Source of the DNA: an uncultured Melioribacter sp.
GTDB taxonomy: Bacteria > Bacteroidota > Ignavibacteria > Kapaibacteriales > Kapaibacteriaceae
Direction of reading: 5' to 3'
Assembly (NCBI GenBank): GCA_964465685.1
Contig: CAYXKK010000002.1
Coordinates: 106,852-170,851 of the forward strand
Length of the DNA: 64,000 bases
Part shown: positions 28,040 through 37,672 of the stretch, one piece after another
How the letters are laid out: every line of letters starts with the position of its first letter
Numbering within the stretch: position 1 is the stretch's first letter
The notes under the pieces: model-generated
Databases searched by the model: none
Seen by the model: only the letters and a program-made list of their open reading frames with translations
What the model was told of the DNA's origin: nothing
Translations under genes and position numbers: made by a program

Positions 28040-28791
28040 GTCGCACGCCGCTCAACCATTCGCACTGCTGCATACAGCTGTTCACGATACGTCGACGAAA
28101 CTTCAACTTCATCCCCATTGCACATGATCAACCGAGGCGTCTTTCCTCGCACAATCCGTCGGACGTGTACGATGTTCACTAGGTGGGACCGATGCACACG
28201 AAGCAGACCGGAGTTCTCCAATACCGGCGCGTAATCTCTGATTGTTCGCGACAAGATGATTTCCGGGTCACTCACAAACACAATGCGCGTGTAGTTCCGC
28301 TCCCCTTGAATCCGCACGATGCTCCGTCGATCACGCAGCTCGATACCACTCATCACTGGCAATGCAATCACATCATGCGACGGCGCAAAGGAGCGCTGCT
28401 CTTCTCGTAGGAACATCGACGATTCACTTAGTGTACCGAAGATTCGACACCGCTGGAGCGCACAATCGAGATCGAATTCCGCAGCATCATACGAGAGGTA
28501 ATGCAGAGCACCGATTTGAAACGCCATCAGCGCATACGTGGGATCGTCCGACACGCAGATGATCGCGGGAGGTGCCGCTCCACCGATGCTCCCATCGACG
28601 AGAAAGGCCCCATTGTCACATGCTGGGTCATATAAGACGATGTCGGGCATACTCTGATCAACCGCACGAACAACTGGACCCCCCGGCTGCTCGAGAATAC
28701 GAACATGAAGCGATCCCGATCGAATCGCCGCAAGATGATTGAGGATGCGAGCGCCACGCGCTGTGGCGATGGCAGCAAGAATTCGTAGCAT
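28036..28791 (-). CDS. LytTR-family DNA-binding regulator with degenerate N-terminal receiver domain
   Basis: The C-terminal LytTR domain reads 'IVRIQGERNYTRIVFVSDPEIILSRTIRDYAPVLENSGLLRVHRSHLVNIVHV'. The N-terminal REC-like domain keeps 'PDIVLYD' but lacks the acidic pair. An internal start (MLRILAAIATARG) lies near 28791. Confidence 0.7.
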   Translation of the reverse strand: MLRILAAIATARGARILNHLAAIRSGSLHVRILEQPGGPVVRAVDQSMPDIVLYDPACDNGAFLVDGSIGGAAPPAIICVSDDPTYALMAFQIGALHYLSYDAAEFDLDCALQRCRIFGTLSESSMFLREEQRSFAPSHDVIALPVMSGIELRDRRSIVRIQGERNYTRIVFVSDPEIILSRTIRDYAPVLENSGLLRVHRSHLVNIVHVRRIVRGKTPRLIMCNGDEVEVSSTYREQLYAAVRMVERRAT

Positions 28792-28888
28792 ACCAAATGA
28801 TCCATAGTACTCGTTGATGCTAAGGTATGCCCGTAGATGGCATAGTGACATTACAGCTCCCTTGCCTGCTTACTACGTAGATTGCGCG

Positions 28889-29815
28889 ATGCTGAATGTC
28901 TTCGCAACCCTCGGCGTGCTGCTTGCAAGCGGCGTTGTGTATCGCCTCATTCCAGGCGTTCCATCACCACAGACGGTGCGATCGGTGATAGGATCGATCG
29001 TTCTCAACATCTTCATTCCGCTGCTCGCCTTCGAGGTCCTTGCAACGGAGCGCATTTCAAGTGATCTATGGACTGTGCCGGTGGTTTCAGTTGCGACGAC
29101 GTTTGTTGGATTGGGACTTTCGCTTGCAGTCTATGCCTATGCACTGCGTTCGCGACTTGCACGTCCGACCATTGGCGCACTCATCCTTGCAACGACATGG
29201 TGCAATGCCATGTATCTGGGATTACCAATCACACTCGCCGTTGTTGGTGAGACTGCCGACCATGTTCCCATCCTGTTCGACTATGCCGGGATGACGCCAC
29301 TGCTGTTCACGGTTGGCACCTTCATCTGCGTTGCCTACGGCACTACCGATGAGAAGGGGCCTACACTTCGCAGCGGTATCATGCAGGTTCTTCGTCTTCC
29401 ACCGTTCATTGCTACCGTTGCAGGCATCGGAGTTAACTCCGCTGGGATTGAACTACCAGCATGGTTTATCACATCAGCAGAGACAGCAGGACGTGTAGTG
29501 GCACCACTGATGCTTTTCAGCATCGGACTTACGTTACGTTGGCCATCACTCTCGCGCACGCCACTGCTGCTGCCTGCAGCCGTCATTCGAACGATCATTG
29601 TCCCACTGATCATCCTTCCGTTGGCAACCTATCTTCACCCAAACGATGATACCCTTCGATCGACGATGCTTGAGGTTGCGATGCCATCCATGATGCTACC
29701 CCTTGTGTTTGCCGAGCGCTACGGATTGGATGTTGAGGCTCTTGCAGAAGCAATCCTGTTGAGTACGATTATCTCAGTTGGTACACTTCCAGTGGTAGCA
29801 TCATGGCCTCTGTAG
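28889..29815 (+). CDS. AEC (auxin efflux carrier / malate permease-like) family transporter
   Basis: Internal ATG (MLNVFATLGVLLASG...) in ORF 28814..29815, with 10 TM helices in two repeated halves as in the AEC family. Confidence 0.75.
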   Translation: MLNVFATLGVLLASGVVYRLIPGVPSPQTVRSVIGSIVLNIFIPLLAFEVLATERISSDLWTVPVVSVATTFVGLGLSLAVYAYALRSRLARPTIGALILATTWCNAMYLGLPITLAVVGETADHVPILFDYAGMTPLLFTVGTFICVAYGTTDEKGPTLRSGIMQVLRLPPFIATVAGIGVNSAGIELPAWFITSAETAGRVVAPLMLFSIGLTLRWPSLSRTPLLLPAAVIRTIIVPLIILPLATYLHPNDDTLRSTMLEVAMPSMMLPLVFAERYGLDVEALAEAILLSTIISVGTLPVVASWPL

Positions 29816-30588
29816 ACCTCCATCTTGCAAGTGGCGATCATCGTGCAGATGCGCTTCGTCGATCAGGCTACGTGAATGTGCGATCCTGGCGTGAGGCACT
29901 TGCCGATGGACCAATCATGGCCCGACGTGATGATCTTCTTGCGCTTCGACGAAAATTTGTGACGCACGCATACAGCTCATCTCCTGAACAGTACGACGCG
30001 ATGGTTACATCGGTACTCACGGAGGTGCGAGAGGGTCCGTTTCGGCATATCATGCTGCACTTCGATGAGGATTTGTTCTGCATCACGAATGCGGTGTTCT
30101 GCATTGCGCAACTCTCACATGTCCCCAACCTCTCATGGACGACGCCCACTGGCGTGATTGAGTTATCGACACTCGATCGCGCGTTTGCGAGCTCGTGCTG
30201 GAGAGCCTTTGCCGACACCACACCGCTTGGTCTGATCGACCTACTCCCTCGCATTCCACATCAGCTTGGCATTCTTCGTGGCGCACTTATCGCGCACCTC
30301 CAGCGCTTCCCATCACGGGAAACTGGCTTTGGCAAACCGCAGGAAATCATCCGCGACCTCCTTGATCGCGGACTTGAAGAGCACGAAGACATAATTAATG
30401 GATTCGTAGCACTCGATGCAAATACGTATGGGTGGGGCGATACGCAGATACTGCGCGAACTTCGCATCACGCGCGGACTCTTACGTGGTGAGAGTTTACA
30501 ACTGCACATTGGCGGTGTAACACTTCATGCGCAGCACCCATCCTGGGTGTGGGACGTGCGTCGCAACACCGTTTGCTCTGTTGATTAG
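29803..30588 (+). CDS. DUF1835/DUF3658-like hypothetical protein
   Basis: 261 aa. The N-terminus 'VDLHLASGDHRADALRRSG' resembles the DUF1835 'lHivfgeSaaGsLk' start recalled from memory. No catalytic motif was recognised. Confidence 0.45.
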   Translation: MASVDLHLASGDHRADALRRSGYVNVRSWREALADGPIMARRDDLLALRRKFVTHAYSSSPEQYDAMVTSVLTEVREGPFRHIMLHFDEDLFCITNAVFCIAQLSHVPNLSWTTPTGVIELSTLDRAFASSCWRAFADTTPLGLIDLLPRIPHQLGILRGALIAHLQRFPSRETGFGKPQEIIRDLLDRGLEEHEDIINGFVALDANTYGWGDTQILRELRITRGLLRGESLQLHIGGVTLHAQHPSWVWDVRRNTVCSVD

Positions 30589-30600
30589 CGATGTATCGCC

Positions 30601-32739
30601 TTAGCGTACCACAACCAGTGGAACGGTGACTGTGCGCGGACCATCCTGAATCTGCAGAGAGTACAACCCTGACGCTACACGGTCCAATGCAAGGTCATGT
30701 CGCGTGCTGCCAGAAGGCAGTACGAATTGCAGAACACTCTGTCCGCCCGCATCAAGAACGCGGCACCGACGGTCGCGATGCGATGATGTTGACACTTCAA
30801 CAACAGCACTCGATCGCACTGGCATCGGATCTACGCGCACAGAGAAGTCATCACCCATCACGTCCTGTTCAGCATCAACCGACACCAACGTCTCGCAGCC
30901 ACCAATGTGCAGTCCGAGAATTTCATGTGACTGTTGCGCGAAACCCGTTGCTGCTGTGAAGCCCACATACGTTGCACCGTCAGGACCGAGCGAGAGGATC
31001 TTTTGCAGATCGATGTCTCTCGCAACGACGAGCGGGGAATTGAATTCGCCCGTAGTATCGCAGTACACAGACATCGTCGTTCCCTCGAGCACGATGCGTG
31101 CATGGAAGACACGGCCATCAGCGACAAACTGCGGCACACCTGTCGATGTCATTGCCTTGAGGTACGGTGGCAAGTGCCACGCTCGAAGAAACTGTCCGTC
31201 ACCAACCTGGATGGCGATATGACTTCCGGATGGATCGCCAAACGCCGCATTCAGAAACGCATCGAACTCAACCGCCACACCCGTGGGTGTTTCGTTATAG
31301 CCGATACCATCACCTACCTTGCCGATGACTGTCGGGAATGAATTCTGCAACACGAACACAATTCCGTCGGCACCTTGTGGCCCCTTATCAACCTGTCCAT
31401 TATCGTTGCCGTTGGCGAACCTGAACGTGAATCGCACATCGAGTCCGCGCGACACGTTGACCTTCTTCGGCAACCATGCAGCGCCACGTTGATAGGTCGC
31501 GGATTGTGTGAGCATGATGTTCGGTGCAGCATACGTGGCGTTGCCAACGAGTTTCATGTCTGACAGTGGAACTCGAATGTCGCTGTTGAAACATGAATCC
31601 TCAAGAACCTCAACTGTTGACGTGTTTCCATTACTTGGGGTGAGACCACTCACGACAAACGCTCGATGACGACCTTCCCTCGAACGAACTACCACCATAT
31701 CGGAAAACGCACGAGCAAGGTTCAGAGAAGGGGCTTGATTGGATGTTCCATTAGCCGCATTCAACCACTCACATGTGGCCAAGAATCGCGCACCATCGCC
31801 CAGACCTGAAGCTATCAGAACTCGGTCATCTCCCCACAGACCAGCTACGTGCCACTGCCTACCCTCAATGAGACTTGCACCACGCTGAACACCTCCCGAT
31901 GGCGTAACAATCCATGTTCTTGTTGTGGTCGTAAACGGAGACTCGCGAACTGCACCGCTCATCACAGCGACATCACCGTTTGTCAATCGAATAACGCGCG
32001 GAGCGACCGGCGCTTCGTCAAACATCAAGTCTGCAACCCATCGATCAGTTGATGCATCATAGCGTATCGATGTGGCGCTTCGATTCGAGTTCGGGCCACC
32101 CTGACGAAAACCCCAAAATGACGGCTGCCGATTACCAGGAGCAATGACGACAGCACTATTTGCTGCACCTGGCAGCGGCGCGACCGGGCGTGATTGCCCG
32201 GTTCGAAGTGAGAATATCTCGGCGTAGCTATTCTGAAATCCACCAAAGACGAGGATTTCCTCGTCGTTGATCAGCGCTGCCGCATGCTGCCTTCGCGAGT
32301 CCTGCATGCTGCCGATCACAGTCCACTTTTTCTCAGTTACGCTGTAGCGCTCGACGGAACTCTCGAGTGTGCCACCGATGGAGTATCCTCCGAGAACAAC
32401 GATGTCACCATTAGGAAGTTCGATCATCGGGAACTCGGATCGAGGAAACGTCATTGACGGTCCACTTGTCACGACCCCCGTATTCACGTCGATAAGCTCC
32501 GTTGTCCGTGTAGGCGTTCCGCCAAGAATTCCCCGCGAACCGACATAACCACCTATCACCATTATTTTCCCGTCGTTGAGATATTTTACTCGGTGGTGGT
32601 GTCGACCTTCGGCTAGATTTGCAAAGACTCTCCACTGATTCTGCGCAGCACTCGATGCAACGCAGATTACAAGCATCAGCGATGTGAGGACATTCCTGAC
32701 AGCTTTACGTGTGCGTACAACGTCTTTGCTCTTAACCAT
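30601..32739 (-). CDS. secreted Kelch-repeat plus L-type (legume-like) lectin domain protein with T9SS C-terminal sorting domain
   Basis: 712 aa with a signal peptide, N-terminal Kelch blades ('GKIMVIGGY', 'GDIVVLGGY', 'EEILVFGGF'), a central L-type lectin-like region ('GADGIVFVLQNSFPTVIGKVGDGIGY') and a C-terminus 'GLYSLQIQDGPRTVTVPLVVVR' typical of type-A Por/T9SS CTDs. Confidence 0.7.
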   Translation of the reverse strand: MVKSKDVVRTRKAVRNVLTSLMLVICVASSAAQNQWRVFANLAEGRHHHRVKYLNDGKIMVIGGYVGSRGILGGTPTRTTELIDVNTGVVTSGPSMTFPRSEFPMIELPNGDIVVLGGYSIGGTLESSVERYSVTEKKWTVIGSMQDSRRQHAAALINDEEILVFGGFQNSYAEIFSLRTGQSRPVAPLPGAANSAVVIAPGNRQPSFWGFRQGGPNSNRSATSIRYDASTDRWVADLMFDEAPVAPRVIRLTNGDVAVMSGAVRESPFTTTTRTWIVTPSGGVQRGASLIEGRQWHVAGLWGDDRVLIASGLGDGARFLATCEWLNAANGTSNQAPSLNLARAFSDMVVVRSREGRHRAFVVSGLTPSNGNTSTVEVLEDSCFNSDIRVPLSDMKLVGNATYAAPNIMLTQSATYQRGAAWLPKKVNVSRGLDVRFTFRFANGNDNGQVDKGPQGADGIVFVLQNSFPTVIGKVGDGIGYNETPTGVAVEFDAFLNAAFGDPSGSHIAIQVGDGQFLRAWHLPPYLKAMTSTGVPQFVADGRVFHARIVLEGTTMSVYCDTTGEFNSPLVVARDIDLQKILSLGPDGATYVGFTAATGFAQQSHEILGLHIGGCETLVSVDAEQDVMGDDFSVRVDPMPVRSSAVVEVSTSSHRDRRCRVLDAGGQSVLQFVLPSGSTRHDLALDRVASGLYSLQIQDGPRTVTVPLVVVR

Positions 32740-32759
32740 GCGGACCTCTGAATAGAACT

Positions 32760-33629
32760 ATGTCACTACTGTCAGCTCGTCTTCTGCAACTTGCCACGAG
32801 ACTATATCCGATAGAACGCGGGAAGTTCAAGATTTTGAACTCTATCTACTTCCGATACGTGGCTCCCAAGCAGTCAACGCCGCTTATTTCGTCGTTAAGC
32901 TACGGGATTCGGATGAATTTAGACATTAGCGAGTTCCTCCAAGCGCACCTCTTTCTCTATGGCAGTTACGAGTTACCGTCGGTTCGTTTCATGCGTCGCG
33001 TTCTCTCGCCGGGCGACGCAGTGGCAGACGTTGGTGCACAGATCGGTTACATAACGCTCGCCATGGCAACGCTGAATCCAGGGAAGATCACGGTACACGC
33101 GTTCGAGCCTGAGCCGTTGAACATTCAACGTCTGCGGAAGAATATCGCTCTCAATCCTGGCGTTGATGTCCGCATCGTCGAGAAAGCCGTTTCGGATACG
33201 AATGGCGCGATACGACTGTATCTGAGCAAGGACCACAATGCGGGAACACATAGTACGATTTCAGGGGGCACGAATGTCTCCACCGACTTCGTTGAGATTC
33301 CAGCGATCACGCTCGACACATATGTGCACGAACAGCGCATTTCGGCACTGCGACTCATCAAGATCGACGTCGAGGGTGGCGAGTACGAAGTGATCAAGGG
33401 CGCACACGAGACTCTCACATCCTTGCGACCTATTGTTCTGATGGAGCTCAGCGACGCGCTACAAGAGACTCGAGGTTTCTCTACCATTGAGTTTAAGAAG
33501 CTCATGAAACAATTCGGTTACTCTGCATACACCATTGCGGACGATGGCAGCTTAGTTCCATCAAGTGATGAACAGCGACACGCAATGGACAACGTGGTAT
33601 TTCTGCACGACAGTGAAACGATTCGATAA
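32760..33629 (+). CDS. FkbM family methyltransferase
   Basis: 289 aa. 'VADVGAQIGYITLAMA' is the SAM-binding motif I; 'HAFEPEP' and the rest of the sequence are typical of the FkbM family found in glycan loci. Confidence 0.75.
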   Translation: MSLLSARLLQLATRLYPIERGKFKILNSIYFRYVAPKQSTPLISSLSYGIRMNLDISEFLQAHLFLYGSYELPSVRFMRRVLSPGDAVADVGAQIGYITLAMATLNPGKITVHAFEPEPLNIQRLRKNIALNPGVDVRIVEKAVSDTNGAIRLYLSKDHNAGTHSTISGGTNVSTDFVEIPAITLDTYVHEQRISALRLIKIDVEGGEYEVIKGAHETLTSLRPIVLMELSDALQETRGFSTIEFKKLMKQFGYSAYTIADDGSLVPSSDEQRHAMDNVVFLHDSETIR

Positions 33630-34656
33630 GGTTCGCATCCTTGGTCCGTTTCCCCCACCGTTTGGTGGTGTGGCGTTGCACTGCGTGCGACTGCTGGAAG
33701 GACTTCGTGCTGCGGGCATTGACGCACGTGGCGTATCGCAAGGTGGCATCCCCGAGGGCGTAGATCACGTTGAGAAATTGGGTGTAAGCTTCGCCCTGTC
33801 GCGCACGCTCGTACACTACCATACCGACGAGGGCAACCATCGCTGGATGCGCCTGCTTTCACGGCTGTGGCGTACCACGCGCACACCGTACGTTGTCACC
33901 GTGCATTCGTTTCGTGATCGACCGGAGTTCGCCGACGCGCGCTTGCGTACGCAACTTGCCTCGGCGTACACCCATGCTGCAGCAGTGATCGGCATCAGCA
34001 ACGAGGTCGTCAGCGATCTTGAGCAACGCCTCGGCGTGTATCACAAGCGCACACGCATTATCCCCTCGGCGCTACCCATAAGCGCATGGGAATGCAACGC
34101 ACAACGTCCACAAGGCTTGCCAGAACATTGGCGCAATGCATCGGTTCGCATGCTGGCGAATGCCGGTCGTGTTGTTCGCTACAACGGACAAGATCTGTAT
34201 GGGATCGACGTGTTGATCGATGCGATGCAACGCATCACCGATCCTGATGTAAGCCTCTGCATTGCGATTGGTGATGTGGTCGACGCGGAGTTGTGGTCCC
34301 AACTCCAAGCACAGGCCGAACGCGATGCGCGCATATGGATTCTACGCGACCACAACGGACCTCTCGCGCCGCTTGTGCAGGATGCACATATCGTTGTGCG
34401 ACCAACACGCACCGAAGGCGGCGCGTCGCTTACCGTGCAAGAAGCACTCGAGATGGGCCGCTGGGCCATTGCCTCTGATGCAGTGCCACGTCCTGATGGC
34501 ACACGACTGTTTGCGAATGCGAATGCAGCTGCGCTAGCGTTAACACTTCAGCAGTGCATCACTGACGTTCGACGCGGCAACATGCCGCCCGCAATTCCAG
34601 CGCACGTTGACGCCGTTCAGCGCATCGTCAATCTATACGAGCGTGTGGTAGTGTGA
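33565..34656 (+). CDS. glycosyltransferase family 4 (GT-B); 5' end uncertain
   Basis: GT4 EX7E motif 'RPTRTEGGASLTVQEALEMGRWAIASD' and an N-terminal 'VRILGPFPPPFGGVALH' donor-binding start. The ORF overlaps the 3' end of the FkbM gene; the real start is likely the GTG/ATG around 33610-33620. Confidence 0.75.
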   Translation: MMNSDTQWTTWYFCTTVKRFDKVRILGPFPPPFGGVALHCVRLLEGLRAAGIDARGVSQGGIPEGVDHVEKLGVSFALSRTLVHYHTDEGNHRWMRLLSRLWRTTRTPYVVTVHSFRDRPEFADARLRTQLASAYTHAAAVIGISNEVVSDLEQRLGVYHKRTRIIPSALPISAWECNAQRPQGLPEHWRNASVRMLANAGRVVRYNGQDLYGIDVLIDAMQRITDPDVSLCIAIGDVVDAELWSQLQAQAERDARIWILRDHNGPLAPLVQDAHIVVRPTRTEGGASLTVQEALEMGRWAIASDAVPRPDGTRLFANANAAALALTLQQCITDVRRGNMPPAIPAHVDAVQRIVNLYERVVV

Positions 34657-35514
34657 CGGCTTGGTAAGTACTACGCAGACACCTGCTGACGTGTAGATCT
34701 TCATGCCTGGCATAGACACCGGAACGTCGCGATAGCTTCCGTGCGTGAGTGCGTGCTTCACTGTTTGCATTTGCAACAGGGTGCGACCAATCTTCTTCAG
34801 GCCATGTTGTTCAACAATGCGGTCATTGAAAAACGGCTCGTCGTAATCACCGAAGTACACACGCTCGCGCTCTGTGAGGCCAGAGGCAGCAATAATGCGC
34901 TGGTTGAACGACGCTACATCGTAGTGACGCTGGAAGAAGACCGGCTCTGACGTGTATGATTCGCCGTAGACGTCTTGTTTGACAAACCAATCGCGTGCAT
35001 ATCCTTCATTGAGCGGTGTGGTAAGCACATAGATTCCTCCTGGCTTGAGCAGTCGTGCGCTCTTGGCCATCGCGACTTCGTCAAGGCGACCCTCGAAGTG
35101 CTCGATTACACTGATGTTCGTGATCACATCGAATGATTCGGGCTCGAGCTCAACATCGAGGAAGTCATGCACCATCACGTGAAAGCGTGATGCATCGAGA
35201 CCGAGCTTGCGGGCGTACTTGTTCTGCGTTTCGACCCACGTAAACTTATCGAGACAGGTTACGTCCCACTGTGTGCGCTTAGCAATCCACGATGGAAAGA
35301 TCGACGGACCCGTGCCAATGTCGAGATAGCGAAGCTTCTTGTCAAACAACGGCTGAAGTTTCTCAGCGATGAGCGGTAGCTCAATGGCGCGCTCGTATCC
35401 GAAGCCCTTGATGCGATAGATGAATCGCAGATTCTTGGCGTGGGCATCGATGTCTTCGAGAATGGACTTATTGATCGTTGACTTCACGTGTGTCTCGCAA
35501 TGGTACGCGTGCAA
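34633..35514 (-). CDS. class I SAM-dependent methyltransferase
   Basis: 293 aa. 'LRYLDIGTGPSIFPSWIAK' is motif I and 'LLKPGGIYVLTTP' is motif post-II. Confidence 0.75.
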   Translation of the reverse strand: MHAYHCETHVKSTINKSILEDIDAHAKNLRFIYRIKGFGYERAIELPLIAEKLQPLFDKKLRYLDIGTGPSIFPSWIAKRTQWDVTCLDKFTWVETQNKYARKLGLDASRFHVMVHDFLDVELEPESFDVITNISVIEHFEGRLDEVAMAKSARLLKPGGIYVLTTPLNEGYARDWFVKQDVYGESYTSEPVFFQRHYDVASFNQRIIAASGLTERERVYFGDYDEPFFNDRIVEQHGLKKIGRTLLQMQTVKHALTHGSYRDVPVSMPGMKIYTSAGVCVVLTKPSHYHTLV

Positions 35515-35525
35515 AGATGTACATC

Positions 35526-36284
35526 TCAGCGCTGAAAGAGGCCTTTAAGTCGATCCAGCTCAGCAACATTCGTCAGTTCATAGTGGATCGGCGTAATCGC
35601 CGTCCAGCCTTGCTGCACAGAGAAGTCGTCACCGTCCTCCTGTTCGGACAACGTTACAAACTCACCTGTCAACCAGTAGTACGGCTGACCCTGGGGGTCC
35701 ATTCGAATCGCATATCCGTCATTCCACGCATTGTGTCCCTGGCGTGTAATCTTTACACCACGGTACTGCGCACGATCAATGGGCGGGACATTCACGTTCA
35801 ACAATGTTCCTGCGGGTAGCTTGAGATCAAGGAGTCGCGATGCAACATCATACGCAACCTCAGCGGCGAGCGACATGTCAGCTGTTGAATCGAATGTTGC
35901 GAGTGACACGGCCATTGATGGAATTCCCATCAGCGTACCTTCCGTTGCAGCACTCACCGTGCCCGAGTAGATCGCATTAACGCTGGTGTTCGAACCGTGA
36001 TTAATGCCACTGACGACAATGTCTGGTCGATACGGCAACAACGTGCTTACACCTAGCTTGACGCAGTCGGCCGGGGTACCGTTCACGGCGTAGGCGATCG
36101 ATGCGTGCTCTCGCTGCATTTGCACAGCGCGGAGCGGACTCGCCACCGTGAGTGCATGCCCAACAGCACTCTGCTGTCGATCGGGCGCAACAATCATCAC
36201 ATCGCCAAGTCGAGCCATGGCTGCCGTGAGCGCTTGAATTCCCCGTGAAGTAATACCGTCGTCATTCGTGACGAGAATGCGCAT
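35526..36284 (-). CDS. surE: 5'/3'-nucleotidase SurE
   Basis: 252 aa. 'MRILVTNDDGITSRGIQAL...APDRQQSAVGHALT' is the SurE signature. Confidence 0.9.
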   Translation of the reverse strand: MRILVTNDDGITSRGIQALTAAMARLGDVMIVAPDRQQSAVGHALTVASPLRAVQMQREHASIAYAVNGTPADCVKLGVSTLLPYRPDIVVSGINHGSNTSVNAIYSGTVSAATEGTLMGIPSMAVSLATFDSTADMSLAAEVAYDVASRLLDLKLPAGTLLNVNVPPIDRAQYRGVKITRQGHNAWNDGYAIRMDPQGQPYYWLTGEFVTLSEQEDGDDFSVQQGWTAITPIHYELTNVAELDRLKGLFQR

Positions 36285-36296
36285 ACCGTCCCCTTG

Positions 36297-37664
36297 TTAG
36301 CGCGTGAGATCGAGATAGAACACAAAAACCATGAGCAAGAGCAGCAGCGCAATACCGACTTGCTGGAATCGCATCTTGATGTTGGTTGGGATTTCTCTGC
36401 GAATGATCGACTCGATACCAACGAACACAAGGTGTCCGCCGTCGAGACCAGGCAGCGGGAGAAGATTCATTACGCCGAGCGAGATCGAAATCAACGCCAT
36501 GAAGGCAATGAAGTCGCGCAAACCACGCTCGCTGCTCTGACCGGCCATTTCAGCAATGCGAATCGGACCACCGAAACTCTCGCGCACGCCAACTGAACCA
36601 TTGACAATGTGTGCAACAGATGTTCCGATCATGACGATCGTTGCACCTGTCTGCTCCACACCACGTGTGACTGCATCGATCGGACCATACGTCAAGCGAC
36701 TCTCGGGTCCGACGTATTCACCGCGTAGCTCCACCATGATCTTGCCATCAGCATTCACAGCAACGTCAATCGGACGTGGCTTCCCGTCGCGTTCAACATG
36801 CAGACGTACTGTTGTGCCTGCATGCCCCTTGACATACGATTGAAACTGCGACAATGCGCGCACTGGCGTTGAATCCGTAGCCAACACAACGTCACCCATC
36901 TTGATGCCTGCTTTGCCAGCGGGACCAAGCGTGATTACATTACCCATGATGACTCGGACATCTGATGGTGCGATGCCAAGCCCCTTCTTCTCCGTAATCG
37001 CACGCATCACGTCGCCTGCGGCAAACGGCAGCGTTACGCGCGCTCCGTTACGCTCTACGATCATAAAGCGATTACCAGTAGCAGACGACAACGTCAGACC
37101 GCGCTCGACGTCTTGCCATGTGGTAACAGTCGCTGTGTCAATCGCAAGCACACGGTCGCCCGACTGCATGCCGACGCTTGCCATCACGGACGTTGGTTCG
37201 ACATACGCTACGCGTGTTGTGTTCCACGTTAGTTCACCATCAACGATGAAGAACGTCGTGAACACGGCGATAGCGAGAAGGAAATTCATGATCACGCCAG
37301 CACTCAAAACGAGTGCCTTCTGCCAATTCTTCTTCGAGCGAAACTCATACGGTTGCGGCGGCTGACCAGCAAAGTCGGTATCCATGGATTCATCAACCAT
37401 GCCAAGGATCTTCACGTAGCCACCGATCGGCAATGCACAGAGACGGTAGTCTGTGTGCTCACCGAGCACCACGTCTTCTGAAAGCTTCCCGAAGGTCAAA
37501 CCCGTGATGCGATTCCATCCAACAACGCGCGGACCCATGCCCAGCGCAAATACATCGGCACGCATGCCCGTCCAAATCGCCGCTAGAAAATGTCCGAGCT
37601 CGTGCACAAACACGAGCACGCCGATGACAACGATGAAGGCAAGCGCTGACTGTACAATTTCCAT
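36297..37664 (-). CDS. rseP: RIP zinc metalloprotease RseP (site-2 protease)
   Basis: 455 aa. It shows the 'VFVHELGHFLAA' HExxH in TM1, PDZ domains and the C-terminal 'NLLPLPGLDGGHL' LDG motif. Confidence 0.9.
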   Translation of the reverse strand: MEIVQSALAFIVVIGVLVFVHELGHFLAAIWTGMRADVFALGMGPRVVGWNRITGLTFGKLSEDVVLGEHTDYRLCALPIGGYVKILGMVDESMDTDFAGQPPQPYEFRSKKNWQKALVLSAGVIMNFLLAIAVFTTFFIVDGELTWNTTRVAYVEPTSVMASVGMQSGDRVLAIDTATVTTWQDVERGLTLSSATGNRFMIVERNGARVTLPFAAGDVMRAITEKKGLGIAPSDVRVIMGNVITLGPAGKAGIKMGDVVLATDSTPVRALSQFQSYVKGHAGTTVRLHVERDGKPRPIDVAVNADGKIMVELRGEYVGPESRLTYGPIDAVTRGVEQTGATIVMIGTSVAHIVNGSVGVRESFGGPIRIAEMAGQSSERGLRDFIAFMALISISLGVMNLLPLPGLDGGHLVFVGIESIIRREIPTNIKMRFQQVGIALLLLLMVFVFYLDLTR

Positions 37665-37672
37665 GGTATCGC

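Noticed and set aside
36901-37365. 154-aa plus-strand ORF inside rseP, plus similar ORFs inside dxr and rng (37757..38062, 38102..38464, 39004..39411)
   Set aside because: All are antisense to highly conserved housekeeping genes.
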